DNA from: a virus
Virus record (IMG/VR): IMGVR_UViG_3300044846_003365
Location: 1 to 64,000 of that record
Reading direction: 5' to 3' (one strand)
DNA: 64,000 nucleotides
Part shown: piece by piece, positions 28,201 through 37,205 of the stretch
Layout: every line of letters starts with the position of its first letter
How positions within the stretch are numbered: position 1 is the first letter of the stretch
Translations under genes and position numbers: made by a program
Notes under the pieces: generated by a model
The model's input: the letters and a program-made list of their open reading frames with translations, nothing else
What the model was told of the DNA's origin: nothing
Database searches by the model: none

Positions 28201-31200
28201 AAGAAGCTCGCCGACAGCTCTGACTGCATCTTCTTCATTATTGAACCTAGCTCCAAAGTTATCCGCCCCTTCTGGCAACTTTGAGGTGTTAATGCTGTGA
28301 GTCAGTCTATAAACTTGAGCACTAGTTAAGACATCGGTTTCTCTGTCTATTCTAGCTACGCTACTTATGTCTTGAGACCTAACAATGGAAAAAACATCTC
28401 CCCTAGTAGAGTTAGCTGTTCTTCGGATAAAGAATCTTTCACCGTTTATTCCGAGCTGGACTTCTGTAACTTGCGTAGCAGAGGTGTTTACTAGGTCTGG
28501 AGTCGAAAGTTGGATTACAGGGGCACCAGAGTTAACAATTTGACTTCTGTCTATTTCAGCAATTAGATTTCCAGTTCCAGCAGACCTACGCTGAGCTTCC
28601 TGCTCCAACATAATTAAGGCAATGTTTTTGTCGCTAACAGTTGCGATTGACCGAAGTCTGTCCAGTCCACGGGCGGTTGCTGGCCAAAATACTGGAGTAG
28701 CATCTTCTTCATTAGACACAGCCAATGTATAAGTGCCGTTATCATTTTCGATGACTCTACCAATTATTGTTCCAGATTCTGAGTCAGTAGGGCTAATTGT
28801 TCCTATAAGAGCAATTGTTCCGTTACTATCTTTATCTTCATAAGTAATTACAGCAAGGTCAGACCTATTGCCACTAGGGAAAGAGTAATCTCTTCTAGTT
28901 GCAGCGCCAAGACCTGATTCAGACTTAAGGGTTGCTGGCTCTGGAAGGTCTTCAAGTGTCCAAGCTTGTCCATAATTAGATGCTATAGAAGCGTTAAGAA
29001 GAGCATCTACATTTTCTCCCTGCATTTGGAGGGCATCTCTTAGGGCTGCGTGGCCAATCTGTATCTCTTTACCGTCTTGGTATCTAAGGGTTAGAGTCTC
29101 GCCAACCGCCGCTGGGAATACGGCTCTTGTATAAGCTTTTCTAAGAGTGCTAGTAGAAAAGTTTCTAGCAATAACTCTTGGGTCATCTGAAGCTTCTCCG
29201 TTTCTCCACTGTTCTTCTGTAACAGTAGGAACGTGCTTTTCATTCAAAACTGTTACTAGAGTTGGACTACCGTTACGTCTTATGCCTCTAGGCCTAAGTT
29301 CAGTAGTTGGAGCAATTCGGGCGGTAATGTCTCTAGGGTTGACATCCTCTTCTTGAATTCTACTAGCGCCACCAGCGGTAGCAACTCTAGAAACAGAACC
29401 AAAGTCTCCACCTATTTCTCTCGGAGCTGGAGGAATCTCTGCTTCAACTTCTCTATAAATCTTTTCAATATCTTTAGAGATACCGCTTAAGCCATCTGGA
29501 CTCTGCTGTAGGTCAAAAACATCTAGCTTTATCGGGGTGACATCTTCTAGTGGCCTTACTTCTCTTCTAGAAACTTTGTCAGCGTCAGTAAACTCTTCGG
29601 AATCAATCTTGTCAATTAGCCTAGTTAGGTTGTCGACCAAGTGAGCAGAAGCATCATCCATAACACCTTGTCTAAATCCAACAGTTTGTGGAAAAGGAGT
29701 GTTGCCAGCTTCTTGAATAGAGTCACGGATAGTTTTTAGCTTTGTTAGGGCTTGTTCCTTGCTAATTCCGCCCTCAAAGGACATTTCCTTAATTACTTCT
29801 AAAATATCAAAGTCAGGGTTAAGAGCTGTGGTCTTGCTTTTTAGGAAGTTTGCATAGACAGAAGGAACAGGTACTTGGTCTTTAGCGCTTGGATTTGTTT
29901 TGAATCCATTTCTAAAAAGCTCAGCGTGTTGTCTTAGCAGACCGTTTAGGTGCCAAACCGGTCCTTCTTGGCCAAAGCTGTCTGAAACACCAAGTGGCTT
30001 GTAAAAAGATTCAAAGCTTCTAACGGTGCTACTAAAGATATCTCTAATTAGTCTCTTAGATTGGTCAACAGGGCCGTCTTGAGTTTTGACCCAGCCTATT
30101 TCCTTCCACCATTCAACAACCTTGGAGTTTTTTACGTGAAGAAGCTTCTCTACCTGACTTGGGTGGTGCAGAGCTGGGTCGTGACCGTTTACAGCCTTAG
30201 AGCTTCTGTTTCCGTCAACTAGAAGGTGAAGGCTATGCTGGAATTTACGTCCTGCTCCCTCAATTGCATACTGAGAAGCAAGAGCCATAATTCCTCCAAG
30301 ACCGTCCCCCTTAGCCTTGCTGTCATTAACAGTTACATAAGCTGTTGTGACAGGCTTTTTGTTTTTACCGTATCTAGTCTCATAAAAAATCTTTGCGACG
30401 CTTCTATTGGTAGTCTCGTCAAAGTGCCACTTTCCATTTCTGTCACCAAAGTTTTGGAATCCTACAGACGGACCTCTTTTACCGTCTGGACCTATTCTGT
30501 ATACGTTAAGGATTCTGCCTTGGTAGGCCCACTCCATTTCATAAGCGGTTCCGCTCTTACCAACAAAAATAGCTCTGAAGTTTCTAATTACCTCTGTGTT
30601 TTTGTCTTGAGTGTCGCCTGGGCCTCTAACAATAGAACTTTCAATAATCTTTAGATTTCTAACCCTGTTATCAATGCCACCAAAAATGTCAGCCTTGTCG
30701 CCTCTGAGTTTGATGTCAGCTAGGAGGTCTGTAACGCGACCTGCGTAAATTCTAGCTAGTAGGTACTGTCTATTAAACTGCTCGACATTGTTGGCCTGTC
30801 TAGCATTTGACATACCGAGAATTGCAGAGTTCTTTCCGCCAATCAAAACTTTTAGAAGTCTAGCTTGGGACTCAGTTAAATTTTCGTAATCAATGTTTTC
30901 TGGGGTTCTAAGACCATCAAAAATGTTAGAATCTATGTTTTCAGGAATCTCTATGTCCTGAACAATCTCGGCTTTAGAGAGAGACGAAGGTTCTACGTCT
31001 AAAGCGTCTTGTTTATTCTTTGTAAAGTTTCTTACGCCAATAAGTCTTGACGCAAGGCTTCCTAAGTTTTCTTCTTCTTCAGAATCTTCTGGCGCACCGA
31101 GCTTGTCTCGTAGTGCTCCAATTTTTTCTACTAAAGAGCGGATTCCTCGCATGACAAGGTTTCCATCTTTTTGCTCTACAGCCGAGTCAATTTCGGAAGT

Positions 31201-33570
31201 AGCTTCAACAATGTCAGACTTATCTTCAGAAATGTCTACATCTGGACTTCCTAGTACGGAGACGTAATCTCTTACTTCTCCAACAACTTCAGTAGTTTGC
31301 TCTCCTAATTCGTCAGTAAAATCTACTGACTCTTCGGGATGCTCTTCACTAAGTTGTCGTAAATTCGACCCGTCAGTTCTGTTCTCTGGTCCTCCGAGAG
31401 GTTCTCCCAGTTCTTTAGTTCTAGGTCCATCACTACTCTGCTCTCCTGAGAGTCTGGACTCTTCTCTTTGCCTTCTTGCTCTGCCACGGTCTCCTGTACC
31501 TCCTGTGTCGATGTAACCTCTGAATTCAATTCCAAAGATTCCTTGCTGGTTGTTTTCCCTACCCCAAGCCATAGCTCGTTCTAGTTCTGTTTCACTATTC
31601 TCGTCGAAAATCTTAGAAATGTCAAGTGTGACTTCTCTGTTGTCCTTGTCGTGCCAAAGACCTAGCTTGTTTCCAGAGTTAAATTCCCTGTAATTCCTAG
31701 CTATAAAGTCATTTAGGGCCAGTTTTCCAAGCTCTCTGTCGAAGAAAGCCGTGTCCACTAGCTCTTCGTTTAGCCCACGCAAACCTACGGCAATTCCAGT
31801 CTTTAGCGGGGTTCCAGAGTCAGCCTCAACTGTGCCACCCTCTTCTTTAGAGACTCTCTCAATTAGGTCTTGAGGCTCGCCTACAACTTCTGGCCCAACA
31901 GCAGGGGTATTAGTCTTGGCGTTTTCAACGTCCTGCTTTAGAACGTTGCTTAGACGTCCGTAGAGGTCGTTTTTGTCGCCCTTGGACTTGTCAATTAGGT
32001 CACCAAAGTATTCAATGGAGTCAGCAATACGGCGTGCCTGCTCGGAGCCTTCTCCCCTTGTGGCGTTCCTTAGCTCAGACTCTTCAGTTCCTAGAGCTTC
32101 TGCTAGTTCTTTGTAAACTCCGTCCCTGTCATTACCGCCTTGGGCATCTGGAGTGGTATCTCCATCGCTTGGGGGAACGTTGTAACCCTCAAGGTCTGAA
32201 CGTAGTTTCTCAAACTTAGCCCAAGCTTGGCGCTGGACTGGTCTAGGTAGGTCTACAGACCAAGAAGTGGCTAGGTCGTCTTCAGCATTTCTCCAACCAG
32301 CGCTGTTCTCACGTAGCCAATCAAGAATCTCTGGACCTGGAACGCCTTCATCAATCTTTCTAGCAACGTCGCCCTGCTCGTTGTCGTACCACTGCAACTC
32401 ACTCTTAAGTCTTTCACGCTCGTCAATAGCGTCCTGCTTTGAGGTGTCAGGTAGGGAAGCTTCGTACTCTTTACGCTTAGCTTCGAACTCTTCATCTAGC
32501 TTTGCTAGTCGAGCGTCAACGTCTTCTAGTTGCCCAGGGCTGCCACCAAATCTTCTAATCCTGCTTGCAACCATGTCAAGCTCTGCACGACGTCCAGCAA
32601 TTTCATTTAGCTGGCGTGCTAGTTCTACTGAATCTGCTGTTGCAACGCTTGGGGCAGGCTTTACTCCGTCTCTAATGTCGTCGCTTATAGGAACGACTTC
32701 AGGACTCTTTGGTCTTAGTTCTTCTGGAGTTGCTTTTCTAGGGGCTTCGGCTTCTGGTATCTCTGGACGGATGGTTTCGCCAATTTCAAATTTAGGAATT
32801 ACTTTGACTTTGGCGTTATCCGAGTAAACCTTGCGAGTACCATCTGTAAAAGTAGCAATCGGCCCTGAGTCTGAGCTAAAGATGCTCTGAATTTCTTTTT
32901 CTTCACCAGTTGGAAGAATTACGGTGTCGCCAGGCTTTAGGTCTCTAGCTGTAACTTCTTTAGTTCTGCCTAGAGCTTCTTGAAGAAGTGTGTAGCCCTC
33001 TCCTAGGTCTTCTTTGGTGGCCTCAGTCTCGGCAACAACGTTAGTGCTCTCGTAGCGTGGGGCAGTAGCACGCTTAAACTTAATAGAAGCTTTTTGCTCT
33101 GGGGAAAGCTTGCCTTCTGCAAGCTCTCTGTCAAGGTCGGTGATTTCATTTCTCTTAATAGCAGAGATGTCTTCAATGTCAGTATCAATGACTTCGCCAA
33201 TTGGGTTTCCGTTGACGTCGTGTCCAGCCTTAGTAACGCCAGCCTGACGTAGGGCACTTCTAGAAAGCTTGGCCAGAACCTGCTGACCAGATTTCATGTT
33301 TACTTCAACAACGTTGTTGCCAAAGTCTGGGTCGTTTTCCATGAGGATAAGACCATAACCGGGCCTATTTGGGACAGCACCAACGAATCTACCTGTAGCT
33401 GTTTTTACATTTCCGCCAGACTTAAACTTAAAGCTAAAGTCACGGCCCATCTCGACCCAACGGCCAAATCTATCTCTAAGCTGGGTGGCAACATTTGCCC
33501 GACGCTCAGCCGAAGTATAAGCTGCTACTAATGGAGATAGTGGCTGGGTTTCGTCGATAGGGTCGAACAT
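25252..33570 (-). CDS. Giant (2772 aa) putative virion-internal multidomain protein with kinase-like, GNAT-like and SH3/KOW-like domains
   Basis: WVVK...EIFASAVY...DLLMNNFD...DN...YRVDNG (PI3K/HipA-like kinase). AYVTVNDSKAKGDGLG (GNAT motif A-like). LKPGDTV and VRVGDKV (KOW-like). Lies between portal and protease. Confidence 0.75.
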   Translation of the reverse strand: MFDPIDETQPLSPLVAAYTSAERRANVATQLRDRFGRWVEMGRDFSFKFKSGGNVKTATGRFVGAVPNRPGYGLILMENDPDFGNNVVEVNMKSGQQVLAKLSRSALRQAGVTKAGHDVNGNPIGEVIDTDIEDISAIKRNEITDLDRELAEGKLSPEQKASIKFKRATAPRYESTNVVAETEATKEDLGEGYTLLQEALGRTKEVTARDLKPGDTVILPTGEEKEIQSIFSSDSGPIATFTDGTRKVYSDNAKVKVIPKFEIGETIRPEIPEAEAPRKATPEELRPKSPEVVPISDDIRDGVKPAPSVATADSVELARQLNEIAGRRAELDMVASRIRRFGGSPGQLEDVDARLAKLDEEFEAKRKEYEASLPDTSKQDAIDERERLKSELQWYDNEQGDVARKIDEGVPGPEILDWLRENSAGWRNAEDDLATSWSVDLPRPVQRQAWAKFEKLRSDLEGYNVPPSDGDTTPDAQGGNDRDGVYKELAEALGTEESELRNATRGEGSEQARRIADSIEYFGDLIDKSKGDKNDLYGRLSNVLKQDVENAKTNTPAVGPEVVGEPQDLIERVSKEEGGTVEADSGTPLKTGIAVGLRGLNEELVDTAFFDRELGKLALNDFIARNYREFNSGNKLGLWHDKDNREVTLDISKIFDENSETELERAMAWGRENNQQGIFGIEFRGYIDTGGTGDRGRARRQREESRLSGEQSSDGPRTKELGEPLGGPENRTDGSNLRQLSEEHPEESVDFTDELGEQTTEVVGEVRDYVSVLGSPDVDISEDKSDIVEATSEIDSAVEQKDGNLVMRGIRSLVEKIGALRDKLGAPEDSEEEENLGSLASRLIGVRNFTKNKQDALDVEPSSLSKAEIVQDIEIPENIDSNIFDGLRTPENIDYENLTESQARLLKVLIGGKNSAILGMSNARQANNVEQFNRQYLLARIYAGRVTDLLADIKLRGDKADIFGGIDNRVRNLKIIESSIVRGPGDTQDKNTEVIRNFRAIFVGKSGTAYEMEWAYQGRILNVYRIGPDGKRGPSVGFQNFGDRNGKWHFDETTNRSVAKIFYETRYGKNKKPVTTAYVTVNDSKAKGDGLGGIMALASQYAIEGAGRKFQHSLHLLVDGNRSSKAVNGHDPALHHPSQVEKLLHVKNSKVVEWWKEIGWVKTQDGPVDQSKRLIRDIFSSTVRSFESFYKPLGVSDSFGQEGPVWHLNGLLRQHAELFRNGFKTNPSAKDQVPVPSVYANFLKSKTTALNPDFDILEVIKEMSFEGGISKEQALTKLKTIRDSIQEAGNTPFPQTVGFRQGVMDDASAHLVDNLTRLIDKIDSEEFTDADKVSRREVRPLEDVTPIKLDVFDLQQSPDGLSGISKDIEKIYREVEAEIPPAPREIGGDFGSVSRVATAGGASRIQEEDVNPRDITARIAPTTELRPRGIRRNGSPTLVTVLNEKHVPTVTEEQWRNGEASDDPRVIARNFSTSTLRKAYTRAVFPAAVGETLTLRYQDGKEIQIGHAALRDALQMQGENVDALLNASIASNYGQAWTLEDLPEPATLKSESGLGAATRRDYSFPSGNRSDLAVITYEDKDSNGTIALIGTISPTDSESGTIIGRVIENDNGTYTLAVSNEEDATPVFWPATARGLDRLRSIATVSDKNIALIMLEQEAQRRSAGTGNLIAEIDRSQIVNSGAPVIQLSTPDLVNTSATQVTEVQLGINGERFFIRRTANSTRGDVFSIVRSQDISSVARIDRETDVLTSAQVYRLTHSINTSKLPEGADNFGARFNNEEDAVRAVGELLGIANGATVNPITNEPIRSLDELPRAVATPDGLSFTSNELKVQSGRIVTPRGGELAYTSRNMPSGPANFEQNEFIAGMSMPSGQEIQINYGFEEGKYAVFSRDRADSFRESSEFDSYAEALDFSRNWLKNNLLLDNPEQVLTTELEEAKPEPEAPVNEAEGRVGQAVSIANSEPLVLDDSYTLASNESMGVTEASNPVRVYRDSEGNFWVVKRAAHTMFGDDFSRQVDMEIFASAVYRTMGINASEIRRATIDGDENYLASPFIFRSQENIISHIADAMESGDQARIDAFRKGIALDLLMNNFDAYFNSDNMVVGGDGNVYRVDNGSAMFYTPSGRREAYGAGFTESASMEEILNISKRTAEGGPYALPFPNYDSVSGQNDIFDRDSEDMKRYVSEVVAPLTDEILEQLVSIIRDDVDRQRTLDTLKYRRDGMLEYYGVPKLGEDRPFVSQVQRERLDEAQALGMPEGFLVIRRPEEDSIQVEHSEEEDGIPHSMVTITFDSENGKYDLVGFDRSLDPTATEVYETEEEALRRASEFVNQEEGTAPAPTTTTPPEPEVPAQVEDVAPRIVDSPRLIANLGQPQIVLNAVKQAFEGHQVLPNGDILVASRDFQGRTRGDNRVFRYEVVLHKTPNDDFVAYVRQYQIDAEGKQVGDVSVGRFTDKSHSPEVTVSRVRALLNGNTSGRGINGTNPNNWFNNSSDKESEATDPATGQLLPNRFVEGRDSTEFIGDTGIPKTGNGVVDALIENIANQMSMMPEGSARQEFIDNLIKNFRDNPALRGSQLDDVVERIVANREAPGANMVPYPSRDGNTIVRVGDKVRHTFNGVTKVGYVTKRTRISYQRDSGTYSYEDVVYVRFPGTSGGSRRITTKNLEVLARSDGSAPLPVDSLGNAVQKPVSGKKPQQLKWQEGSDGVAYLGAQGKTSDELKASSAGYIESVTMPDGSVLYKMAYKDANGIERASYYDANLNTMEEIKQILMDTVR

Positions 33571-33643
33571 TAAAACGTCTCCTAATGGAAAATTTAAGCT
33601 TATACTTTGCTTAAATCAGTATAGCAAAGATGCTTTTAGTCTA

Positions 33644-34195
33644 TTAGATAAGGTCTAAAAGCGTTTCAACGGGCTTTTGAGTTTTGATAGAAGAAAGTCG
33701 CTGACCGACATAAGCTCTTTCAACAGAACCTTCTTCAGTTTTTAGTGCAGAGGCAATCATTGGACGTAGCTCTTCTGGAATTCTTGGGTCAGAAGAGCGC
33801 CACTCAATAGAAGCAAGTAGAACTTCTTCTTCTGAGTGCTCGTCGTTCTTAGTACTGAGTGGGTGGCCTAGTGGCAAATACTTAGCGTTATCTTCATTGA
33901 TTTTAAAGTCCTCGCCAAAAATGGCAACGTTAACAAAATCGTTTAGTTCTTTAAAAGCAAGTAGCTTTTGGTATTCCTTATCAGCAAAGATGTTCTTAAG
34001 AATGGCGCTCTCAACAATTGTGTAAGCCGTGACTGGGTCAACGGACCTAATCTCAGATACGCCCCTATTAGCAGAGGCAATTAGCTCGGAAATAGCCTTA
34101 CCAAAGTCTAGTTCGTTGTTGTTAAATAGAGGATTTTCTACAAGCTCGTTAATTTCTGAAGCGTAGCTGTCTTCCTCGTGTGATACCTGCTCCAT
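33644..34195 (-). CDS. Hypothetical protein in the head module
   Basis: 183 aa, AGGAG RBS, LPLGHPLST motif. Confidence 0.75.
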   Translation of the reverse strand: MEQVSHEEDSYASEINELVENPLFNNNELDFGKAISELIASANRGVSEIRSVDPVTAYTIVESAILKNIFADKEYQKLLAFKELNDFVNVAIFGEDFKINEDNAKYLPLGHPLSTKNDEHSEEEVLLASIEWRSSDPRIPEELRPMIASALKTEEGSVERAYVGQRLSSIKTQKPVETLLDLI

Positions 34196-34223
34196 AAAAA
34201 CTCCTTTTTGCTGACTACTTGTC

Positions 34224-34730
34224 TTAGTAGTCTGACATGTACTCTGAAGCCATCTCGTTTAAAGAGATTTCAGAAATAGAAGTCTTGTCAGCGCCAATGA
34301 TGGTGCCCAACTGCCAGTGGTACTTAGTGTGCACATCTACACGTCCAGCTAGGAAGTCTGCAACGCCCTGCTCATTAAGTTCGCTAGCCATAGCAAAAGC
34401 TTCTAGTAGGCAACGAACCAAATTAGCATTTAGGTTGTAAAGCTCACGGCTCTGGTCAATGGGGTCAGATGACGTAGGGTTTGGCTCCATAGAAGCCATA
34501 GAAACGTAGTCAGACAATGTAACTGGTGCATCGAAGCCAAGCTTGCGAATGTTCTCGCCTAGTGGGTCGATAGCTGATTCTGCATCTTCGTATAGCTCGC
34601 CAAAGAAGTCGTGGAACTGAATAAACTGTGGTCCCTTGACATTCCAATGGAAGCCCTGTGAAGCAAACTTGTAAGTTACAAGGTCGCTAAGAATTACAGA
34701 AAGCTTAGAAGCTAGCATTTCCTTGCTCAT
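34224..34730 (-). CDS. dps: Dps / ferritin-like DNA-protection protein
   Basis: FHWNVKGPQFIQFHDFFGELYE...IDPLGENIRKLG, with the ferroxidase H, H, D, E residues present. Confidence 0.9.
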   Translation of the reverse strand: MSKEMLASKLSVILSDLVTYKFASQGFHWNVKGPQFIQFHDFFGELYEDAESAIDPLGENIRKLGFDAPVTLSDYVSMASMEPNPTSSDPIDQSRELYNLNANLVRCLLEAFAMASELNEQGVADFLAGRVDVHTKYHWQLGTIIGADKTSISEISLNEMASEYMSDY

Positions 34731-36517
34731 TATTGGTTTTCTCCTGTTTCGGTTGGTTGCTCTGGCTCAGCTAACTGCGGAGCTTCCTCTTGAGCTGGTT
34801 GTGGTTGTGGTTCTGCTGGTGTTTCTTCGGTAGGAGCTTCGGGATTCAAAGTCTCCTCCAAATTCTCTGGGATTGGCGCAACGCTTTGGGCTTGGTTGGC
34901 CTTTCTTATCTTCTGCATAATGTCTGGAGCTAGGCTCTCGATTATCTGTGCAGTAAGTTCTGGGGTAACGGCACCCTTCTCGAAGACTAGACGTAGCGCA
35001 ACTTCAGTTGGAGTCGGAGCTTCGTTCTCTGAGAATCCGTGAGCACGTCTCCAAGTCTCGTAGCTAATTGCCATCTTCTCGAAACCTGAGTCTGCATCTG
35101 CTGCACGGTCATTACGAGTAGCAACCTGAGATGGGTCGTACCAAACAACAATGTTGTCAACTTCTGCGTCAGTGAATCCATTTGCAAGTAGGTAAGGACG
35201 TAGGTAAACAACTGTAAGAGCGTCGGCGATAAGTAGCATCAGAGGCTCAATGTGCGCCTTGTAGAGGCTCTCGTCAATTTGAAGTGCGTTGGAGTACTTA
35301 ACGTTTGCTAGACCTGTAACGATGTCCTTAGGGACGTCGAGACCCTGCATGATGCGCTCAAGAACTCGGTCTGAACGCTCAGCAAGTGCTGGGTCGAATG
35401 AACGCTCAAACTTGAACTGCTTAATCTTGTCACCAAGCTCAGCAGGTCCACGAATGATAAGTGGAACAACGGCAGACGCTGAGTCTTCATCCTTGATAGG
35501 AGTAGTCATAGCGTCGATGAGCTGGTCCTCGAAAGCGTCTTCTAGCTCTTCTGGAGTTGGCTCGTCGTAGATACCGTCTGGGTCATCGTAAGGATAGGCG
35601 CTGTCTGGTGTAGCTGCAACAGACAAACCATCTGGCAAGTAAAGAGCACCAGCGTTCAAGCGTGAACGTGCAGTGCCACGGAAAGTTCTGTTTAGAAGTA
35701 GAAGTTCAGCGCAAAGGTCAAGTATGCCCTTCATGCTCGAATCGGACTCGTCAGTGAAGCGTGGGTGTGACTTCCAAATACGTCCAACAAATGCATCCTT
35801 AGGAAGCATAATTGAACCCTTTTTGCTAGTTCCACCAGCAGAAACTCCAGACTTCAAATCTCTACGTGGAGTAAGAATGTAGTTACCCTTTTGGTCAGCA
35901 ACAATTTCGTCAACGGAGCGAATGTCCCAGCTCTCTGGGGTGCCGTGACCAACGCGTGCTGGAGTCTGTGCTAGGTAGCACTCACCAGTAACCTGAATGT
36001 TTAGAGCAGCGTCTCTAAGAAGACCTGCCTGACCTCCGTAAGCGGAGTCAAGACGTTTGATTGCACGCTCAGCTGCTTGAATTAGTCGAGCCTGACTTTC
36101 GTCTTCAACGTTCTTAGCTGGTACTGGAGCTTCAGCAGGATTAATGACAACTGCTGGGTAAAGTTTGATTCTGGAAACAACGGAAGCAACTAAGTTGAAA
36201 GCGTATTTGATTTCACCAATGGCGTCATAGTATTCCCAAGCTTCAGACTGCCACATAGAAGAAACTGAAGAACGTCGCTCTCTAAACATCTGAGCTTCTG
36301 AGCGGTCTCCAACTTTTAGCTGTACAGCCGATGCTGTTAGAGCACGTGGGGAATTAAAAGCTACAGCCTGTGCCTGCTGGGGAGCAGAAAGAAACACGTC
36401 AGACGGAACCTGAAGGCTAGAGCCAACGATTCTTTGGTTGGTGGCACTGGCGCGGATACCGCTAGCGTCTCCAGAACGTCTGCGAGCTGGGTTTGGCTGT
36501 TTTTTGAAAATTCCCAT
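34730..36517 (-). CDS. Portal protein
   Basis: WQSEAWEYYDAIGEIKYA...GECYL...SRLNAG...SAVVPLII resembles cluster-B-like actinophage portals. Heads the morphogenesis operon. Confidence 0.88.
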   Translation of the reverse strand: MGIFKKQPNPARRRSGDASGIRASATNQRIVGSSLQVPSDVFLSAPQQAQAVAFNSPRALTASAVQLKVGDRSEAQMFRERRSSVSSMWQSEAWEYYDAIGEIKYAFNLVASVVSRIKLYPAVVINPAEAPVPAKNVEDESQARLIQAAERAIKRLDSAYGGQAGLLRDAALNIQVTGECYLAQTPARVGHGTPESWDIRSVDEIVADQKGNYILTPRRDLKSGVSAGGTSKKGSIMLPKDAFVGRIWKSHPRFTDESDSSMKGILDLCAELLLLNRTFRGTARSRLNAGALYLPDGLSVAATPDSAYPYDDPDGIYDEPTPEELEDAFEDQLIDAMTTPIKDEDSASAVVPLIIRGPAELGDKIKQFKFERSFDPALAERSDRVLERIMQGLDVPKDIVTGLANVKYSNALQIDESLYKAHIEPLMLLIADALTVVYLRPYLLANGFTDAEVDNIVVWYDPSQVATRNDRAADADSGFEKMAISYETWRRAHGFSENEAPTPTEVALRLVFEKGAVTPELTAQIIESLAPDIMQKIRKANQAQSVAPIPENLEETLNPEAPTEETPAEPQPQPAQEEAPQLAEPEQPTETGENQ

Positions 36518-36526
36518 TGTTCTCTC

Positions 36527-36823
36527 TTAGTGTTCCATGCGGTTTGCAATAAGTCCCGCTACCGCAGACAATGCAAACGGAATACAGGCAATAGTAGTCG
36601 CTACAGGAACTATTGTATAGCAGATTGTAATAAGTGATGCGACCCAAATGCTCATGCACCAATAGCAAGTGAACAGGTATCCAAACTTTGTGTTGTGGGG
36701 TGGGTATTTCTCCCAAATCTTGTTTCTAAGACCGTCAAAAATAACGTCGACGATAAGTAGGCGTGAAATCCTATACGTCGCTAAGGCTAGAAGAATGAGA
36801 GCGATTGGGTTAAGAATGTCCAT
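36527..36823 (-). CDS. Small membrane protein (DUF1360-like)
   Basis: LATYRISRLL..D.IFD..R...YLFTCYWCMSIW. Confidence 0.75.
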   Translation of the reverse strand: MDILNPIALILLALATYRISRLLIVDVIFDGLRNKIWEKYPPHNTKFGYLFTCYWCMSIWVASLITICYTIVPVATTIACIPFALSAVAGLIANRMEH

Positions 36824-36826
36824 TTG

Positions 36827-37204
36827 TTATTTAACTCCTTTTTGAGATGTAAGTGTTTTGTAAGGGTTCCAAGCACGTAGACGTGAGCCACATCCGCAGT
36901 TAGTATCCTTCTGAAAGGCTAGCATCTTTCCGCTTAAAGTGGTTAGTCTGTAAGTTTTCTTATCTCCTTCAGGCCCAACTAGATTTTCTTTTAAATACTT
37001 TTCTTGGAAGACGACCATAGGACCTTGAGGCGAATCTTGAGCAACTGTGACAGTCTCTTCAGTCAAAACAACCCTTGTAGTGGCTATGTAATAGATGTCT
37101 GGGTCTTGTGAAGGTGGATAAGCGTTAAGGACGTCGACGGTTTCAATGTGGCCAGCAGGGGTCAGCTGAAAATGGGCTGGAAACACGTCCACAATTATCT
37201 GCAA
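36827..37204 (-). CDS. Hypothetical protein (C-terminal CGCGS motif)
   Basis: 125-aa ORF in operon context. Confidence 0.7.
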   Translation of the reverse strand: MQIIVDVFPAHFQLTPAGHIETVDVLNAYPPSQDPDIYYIATTRVVLTEETVTVAQDSPQGPMVVFQEKYLKENLVGPEGDKKTYRLTTLSGKMLAFQKDTNCGCGSRLRAWNPYKTLTSQKGVK

Positions 37205-37205
37205 T

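Noticed and set aside
2448-36637. Numerous + strand ORFs in the track (for example 2448, 5197, 19298, 20330, 32267)
   Set aside because: They lie antisense to long, motif-bearing minus-strand genes, lack RBSs and read as reverse-frame shadows.
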